Shown: piece after piece, positions 28,374-32,000 of the stretch
Position numbering within the stretch: the first letter of the stretch is position 1
Layout of the letters: the number at the start of each line of letters is the position of its first letter
DNA from: Rhodobacter capsulatus SB 1003
Lineage (GTDB): Bacteria > Pseudomonadota > Alphaproteobacteria > Rhodobacterales > Rhodobacteraceae
Direction of reading: 5' to 3'
DNA length: 32,000 nucleotides
Assembly (NCBI RefSeq): GCF_000021865.1
Contig: NC_014034.1
Coordinates: forward strand, 60,001 to 92,000
The notes under the pieces: generated by a model
Seen by the model: the letters and a program-made list of their open reading frames with translations, nothing else
What the model was told of the DNA's origin: nothing
Databases searched by the model: none
Program-made: the position numbers and the translations under genes

Positions 28374-28733
28374 TCAGACCTTGGCGCCGGTCGGCATCCA
28401 CATCTTTTCCAGCTGATAGAATTCGCGCACTTCCGGGCGGAAGACATGCACGATCACATCGGTGGCGTCGATCAGAACCCAGTCGCCCTGATCCTTGCCC
28501 TCGATCTTGCAGCTGCGGCCAAAGGCTTCCTTCAGCCGTTCCGTCAGCTTTTCGGCGATGGCGCCGACCTGACGCGACGACCGGCCCGAGCAGATCACCA
28601 TGTGATCGGCAATCGAGGACCGACCGCGCAGATCGATCGAAACGATGTCTTCCGCCTTGTCGTCGTCGAGGGAAGACAGCACGAGCGCCAGCACCTGATC
28701 GCTCGTTTCGGCATCCGTGACATTCATGGTCAT
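28374..28733 (-). CDS. rsfS: ribosome silencing factor RsfS (iojap family)
   Basis: ORF 28374..28850. The conserved RsfS core (..DDKAEDIVSIDLRGRSSIADHMVICSGRSSRQVGAIAE..DWVLIDATDVIVHVF..REFYQLEKMW) begins soon after the ATG at 28733 (MTMNVTD..). The start is uncertain; in-frame alternatives are 28727 and 28850. Confidence 0.85.
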   Translation of the reverse strand: MTMNVTDAETSDQVLALVLSSLDDDKAEDIVSIDLRGRSSIADHMVICSGRSSRQVGAIAEKLTERLKEAFGRSCKIEGKDQGDWVLIDATDVIVHVFRPEVREFYQLEKMWMPTGAKV

Positions 28734-28928
28734 GGCTGCCACCGGTGCACCCGAAGCGACGGGCGCGGCATTGAGATGAGACAGGACATTGTCCTCCGAA
28801 ACTCCACACGCCACTAACCCCGGGCGCCAGGTCGAAGCCAAACCTAACATCGCGGGGGCGAAATCTCAACCGATGGGCGACAGAATTGCTGAAGCCGTGG
28901 CAAAGGGTGTCACATCGCGGCCAATTTC

Positions 28929-28958
28929 CTTGCGTCAAGACCCGCCTTGGCCTATATC
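28929..28958 (+). promoter_or_regulatory. sigma-70-type promoter candidate for leuCD (CTTGCG-N17-CTATAT)
   Basis: CTTGCG (28929..28934), a 17-nt spacer, then CTATAT (28952..28957). This matches 10 of 12 positions of the alphaproteobacterial housekeeping consensus CTTGAC-N17-CTATAT. It lies about 170 nt upstream of the leuC ATG. Confidence 0.4.
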
Positions 28959-29129
28959 GCGGCCATGATCCGCATCTTCGACATGGACGATCGCGCCCGG
29001 CTTCGGGAACGCTTTTACGGCGAAAGCCGTTCCATCCTCGCCCGACTTTGATGTCGGCCGCGGGGTGTCCGCCCCTGTCTGCCCGGCCGTTTCGGCCACG
29101 ATCTTCCTCAGCTATCCAAAGAGAGAGCC

Positions 29130-30536
29130 ATGTCCGCTCCGAAGACCCTTTATGACAAGATCTGGGATGCCCATGTCGTCAGCGAAGACGCCGATGGCAC
29201 CTGCCTGCTCTATATCGACCGCCATCTGGTCCATGAAGTGACCAGCCCCCAGGCCTTCGAAGGCCTGCGCCTGGCCGGTCGCAAGGTCCGCTGCCCGGAA
29301 AAGACCATCGCCGTGCCGGATCACAACGTCCCCACCACCGAGGGCCGTGAAAAACACATCGAAAACGAGGAAAGCCGGATCCAGGTCGAGGCGCTGGACC
29401 GGAACGCCAAGGATTTCGGCATCCATTATTATCCGGTGACCGACATCCGTCAGGGCATCGTGCATATCGTCGGCCCGGAACAGGGCTGGACGCTGCCGGG
29501 CATGACGGTGGTGTGCGGTGACAGCCACACCGCCACCCATGGCGCCTTTGGCGCGCTGGCGCATGGCATCGGCACCTCGGAAGTCGAGCATGTTCTGGCG
29601 ACGCAGACGCTGATCCAGAAGAAATCGAAGAACATGAAGGTGGAAATCACCGGCCAGCTGCGTCCGGGCGTCACCGCCAAGGACATCACGCTGGCCGTGA
29701 TCGGCCTCACCGGCACCGCGGGCGGCACCGGCCATGTGATCGAATATTGCGGCGAGGCGATCCGGTCGCTCTCGATGGAAGGCCGGATGACGGTCTGCAA
29801 CATGGCGATCGAGGGCGGTGCCCGCGCCGGTCTGATCGCCCCCGATGAAACCACCTTCAACTATGTCCGCGGTCGCGCCCATGCACCGAAAGGCGCGCAG
29901 TTCGAAGCCGCGCTGGCCTGGTGGAAGACGCTTTTCACCGATGAAGGCGCGCATTTCGACAAGGTCGTGACCATCCGCGGCGAGGATATCGAGCCCGTCG
30001 TCACCTGGGGCACCAGCCCCGAGGACGTGCTGCCGATCTCGGCCGTCGTTCCCGCGCCCGAGGATTTCACCGGCGGCAAGGTCGAGGCCGTGAAGCGCTC
30101 GCTCGACTACATGGGCCTGACCCCGGGTCAGAAACTGACCGATATCGCCATCGACACGGTCTTCATCGGGTCGTGCACCAACGGCCGCATCGAAGACCTG
30201 CGCGCCGCGGCGAAGATCGTCGAAGGCAAGAAGATCAAGCCCGGCATGCGAGCGATGGTGGTTCCGGGCTCGGGTCTGGTCCGTCATCAGGCCGAGGAAG
30301 AGGGCATCGCCCAGATCTTCATCGACGCGGGCTTTGAATGGCGTCTGGCCGGGTGTTCCATGTGCCTTGCGATGAACCCCGACCAGCTGGGCGAATACGA
30401 GCGCTGCGCCTCGACTTCGAACCGCAATTTCGAGGGCCGTCAGGGCTACAAGGGCCGCACCCATCTGGTCAGCCCGGAAATGGCCGCAGCCGCCGCGCTG
30501 ACCGGCCACCTGACCGATGTCCGTGACTTGATCTGA
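29130..30536 (+). CDS. leuC: 3-isopropylmalate dehydratase large subunit
   Basis: 468-aa ORF: [33 protein letters not shown].., with the aconitase-family Cys ligand regions (..VCGDSHT.., ..[11 protein letters not shown].., ..GCSMCLAMN..). Confidence 0.97.
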   Translation: MSAPKTLYDKIWDAHVVSEDADGTCLLYIDRHLVHEVTSPQAFEGLRLAGRKVRCPEKTIAVPDHNVPTTEGREKHIENEESRIQVEALDRNAKDFGIHYYPVTDIRQGIVHIVGPEQGWTLPGMTVVCGDSHTATHGAFGALAHGIGTSEVEHVLATQTLIQKKSKNMKVEITGQLRPGVTAKDITLAVIGLTGTAGGTGHVIEYCGEAIRSLSMEGRMTVCNMAIEGGARAGLIAPDETTFNYVRGRAHAPKGAQFEAALAWWKTLFTDEGAHFDKVVTIRGEDIEPVVTWGTSPEDVLPISAVVPAPEDFTGGKVEAVKRSLDYMGLTPGQKLTDIAIDTVFIGSCTNGRIEDLRAAAKIVEGKKIKPGMRAMVVPGSGLVRHQAEEEGIAQIFIDAGFEWRLAGCSMCLAMNPDQLGEYERCASTSNRNFEGRQGYKGRTHLVSPEMAAAAALTGHLTDVRDLI

Positions 30537-30548
30537 AGGGGCAAAGCC

Positions 30549-31154
30549 ATGAAAAAGTTCGAAAAGTTCACCGGCATCGCCGCCCCCATGCCGCTTGTCA
30601 ACATCGACACCGACATGATCATCCCGAAGGGGTTCCTGAAAACGATCAAGCGCACCGGCCTGGGCGTGCATGCCTTCGACGAGATGCGCTATGACCGCGC
30701 GGGCAACGAGATCCCCGATTTCGTGCTCAACAAGCCGCAATACCGCAAGACGGAAATCCTGATCGCGGGCGACAATTTCGGCTGCGGCTCCTCGCGCGAA
30801 CATGCGCCCTGGGCCTTGGCCGATTTCGGCATCAAGGTGATCGTCTCGACCTCGTTTGCGGATATCTTCTTCAACAACGCGTTCAAGAACGGGATGCTGC
30901 CGATCGTGCTGCCCGCCGAACAGGTCGAGGTGCTGATGAAGGATGCCGACCGCGGCGAAAACGCCCGGATGACGGTGGATCTGGAAGCGCAGGAAATCAC
31001 CACCTCGGACGGTCAGGTGATCAAATTCGAGGTCGATGCCTTCAAGAAGCACTGCCTGCTGAACGGGCTCGATGACATCGGGCTGACGCTGGAAAAGGCC
31101 GCCGCCATCGACAGTTTCGAGTCGCAATCGGCGCAGGCCCGCCCCTGGGTCTGA
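30549..31154 (+). CDS. leuD: 3-isopropylmalate dehydratase small subunit
   Basis: 201-aa ORF: [27 protein letters not shown].., ..[17 protein letters not shown]... Confidence 0.97.
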   Translation: MKKFEKFTGIAAPMPLVNIDTDMIIPKGFLKTIKRTGLGVHAFDEMRYDRAGNEIPDFVLNKPQYRKTEILIAGDNFGCGSSREHAPWALADFGIKVIVSTSFADIFFNNAFKNGMLPIVLPAEQVEVLMKDADRGENARMTVDLEAQEITTSDGQVIKFEVDAFKKHCLLNGLDDIGLTLEKAAAIDSFESQSAQARPWV

Positions 31155-31192
31155 GCCCGTTAGTGGCGCCAACCCCTTGAAGCACAAGATGA

Positions 31193-31221
31193 AGGGCCGC
31201 CCACTGGGCGGCCTTATTTTT
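31193..31221 (+). terminator. rho-independent terminator after leuD
   Basis: Stem GGCCGCC (31195..31201) / GGCGGCC (31207..31213), extendable by 2 bp, with a loop around CACTG, followed by TTATTTTT (31214..31221). Confidence 0.8.
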
Positions 31222-31327
31222 GCACCAAAATTGATGCATTCGCGCACTAGTTCTTCCCAGAAAACGTCCGATTATGGACCGAGACGTTAAGCATCCGTTG
31301 CCACCCCCGACGAAACAGGGCAATTTC

Positions 31328-32000
31328 ATGGCAAGAATGAGGCAGTTCGCCACAATCGGCGGCAACGACTGGCACGGCTCCGGCAAAGCATCGGAGCTGG
31401 CAAGGGCAAAGGGCAGAATCGTGGTGGCACGTTATCTGGGCGCATTGGTGCGGGCAATTCTGGTCCTTGCGGTCATTGCCATGCCGTCGCTGCTGCTTCC
31501 CACCGTCAGCGACGACACCGGCCAGATCGTGGCGCTGGTCGGGCTTTTTGCCGCCGCGCTGACCTTTTTCGAATATGCCTCGGTCTATCCCGGGCTGATC
31601 GAGTTTCGCGATGCGCCGCCCTTCAACCGCATCCGCTACGCCTCGCTTGTGGCGACGGTGGGGATGCTGTCGATGGTGGTTCTGGCCCGGACCGAACCTT
31701 CGACGCTGACGCTCTTCGTCGATGTGCTGGGCTCGGCGATGGCACGCGCGATCGACCTGCCCTATTCCCCGGTGCGGCTTCTGGTGCTGATGCTGCCCGC
31801 CGACGCCTCGGCCGGGCAGATCGGGATCGTCCGCACCGCAGGCGGCATCGCCTACATGACCTCGCTGCTCACGCTGGGGTATTTCTGGGTGATGATCCGG
31901 GCGACGGGCTGGCCGACCTCGGGGCAGGGGTTCAACGTATGGGTCAACCTGCCGACCTTCGACCCCACGGCGGGTGGCGACGTGGTCGAACGGCTGCGCC
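31328..32000 (+). CDS. hypothetical integral membrane protein (partial; continues beyond the window end)
   Basis: Not in the ORF track because there is no stop within the window. My own translation from the ATG at 31328 is open to position 32000: MARMRQFATIGGNDWHGSGKASELARAKGRIVVARYLGALVRAILVLAVIAMPSLLLP..VALVGLFAAALTFFEYASVYPGLIEFRDAPPFNRIRYASLVATVGMLSMVVLA... It has G/C-rich third positions and several hydrophobic helices. The start could instead be the ATG at 31337. Confidence 0.65.
   Translation, partial: MARMRQFATIGGNDWHGSGKASELARAKGRIVVARYLGALVRAILVLAVIAMPSLLLPTVSDDTGQIVALVGLFAAALTFFEYASVYPGLIEFRDAPPFNRIRYASLVATVGMLSMVVLARTEPSTLTLFVDVLGSAMARAIDLPYSPVRLLVLMLPADASAGQIGIVRTAGGIAYMTSLLTLGYFWVMIRATGWPTSGQGFNVWVNLPTFDPTAGGDVVERLR

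Noticed and set aside
28965-29051. Leucine leader-peptide attenuator for leuCD.
   Set aside because: The 28-codon ORF has only 3 scattered Leu codons and no Leu run, and there is no obvious terminator/antiterminator pair with a U-tract before leuC. It is kept only as a low-interest leader observation.
1-32000. Search by eye for CRISPR arrays, IS or transposase ends, integrases, tRNA/rRNA genes, toxin-antitoxin pairs, restriction or defence genes, and phage or GTA genes.
   Set aside because: None was found. Every substantial ORF is accounted for by a conserved housekeeping or flagellar family, or by one of three hypothetical proteins, and the gene order is typical of origin-proximal core genome. 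I therefore make no novel-system claim.

Overview
This is a high-G+C alphaproteobacterial chromosome segment, Rhodobacterales-like by protein sequence (my inference; no search was run). It is densely packed with conserved housekeeping genes and looks origin-proximal.

Gene order, left to right:
- crotonase fragment (-)
- secreted DUF2125-like protein, pmbA, and a CysQ/inositol-monophosphatase-family gene (+)
- a five-gene, stop/start-overlapping flagellar export operon: SLT transglycosylase, flhA, fliR, flhB and a 123-aa coiled-coil ORF (+)
- parB, parA, rsmG, mnmG, mnmE, rho and hemJ (all -)
- a 395-bp non-coding gap
- maf-aroE-coaE-dnaQ and nadA-nadB-nadC (+)
- rppH, ctpA, an EnvC-like M23 gene, gpmI, rlmH and rsfS (all -)
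- leuC-leuD (+) with a clear terminator
- a partial membrane-protein gene (+)

I saw no rRNA, tRNA, CRISPR, IS or transposase, toxin-antitoxin, or defence-type genes. I cannot support any claim of a novel multi-gene system here; the window reads as ordinary core genome.

The observations worth a second look are cis elements and annotation-level anomalies:
1. A candidate oriC in the hemJ/maf gap, with an AT-rich tract plus clustered DnaA-box-like 9-mers.
2. Two perfect 16-bp parS palindromes embedded in the 5' ends of rsmG and mnmG.
3. An apparent 1-nt frameshift in rsmG just downstream of its parS.
4. An unannotated-type coiled-coil ORF, possibly FliJ-like, coupled to flhB.
5. A 13-bp tandem direct repeat in front of nadA.
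6. A consensus-like promoter and a long leader in front of leuC.

The many very long ORFs in the track that run antisense to these genes are high-GC artefacts.
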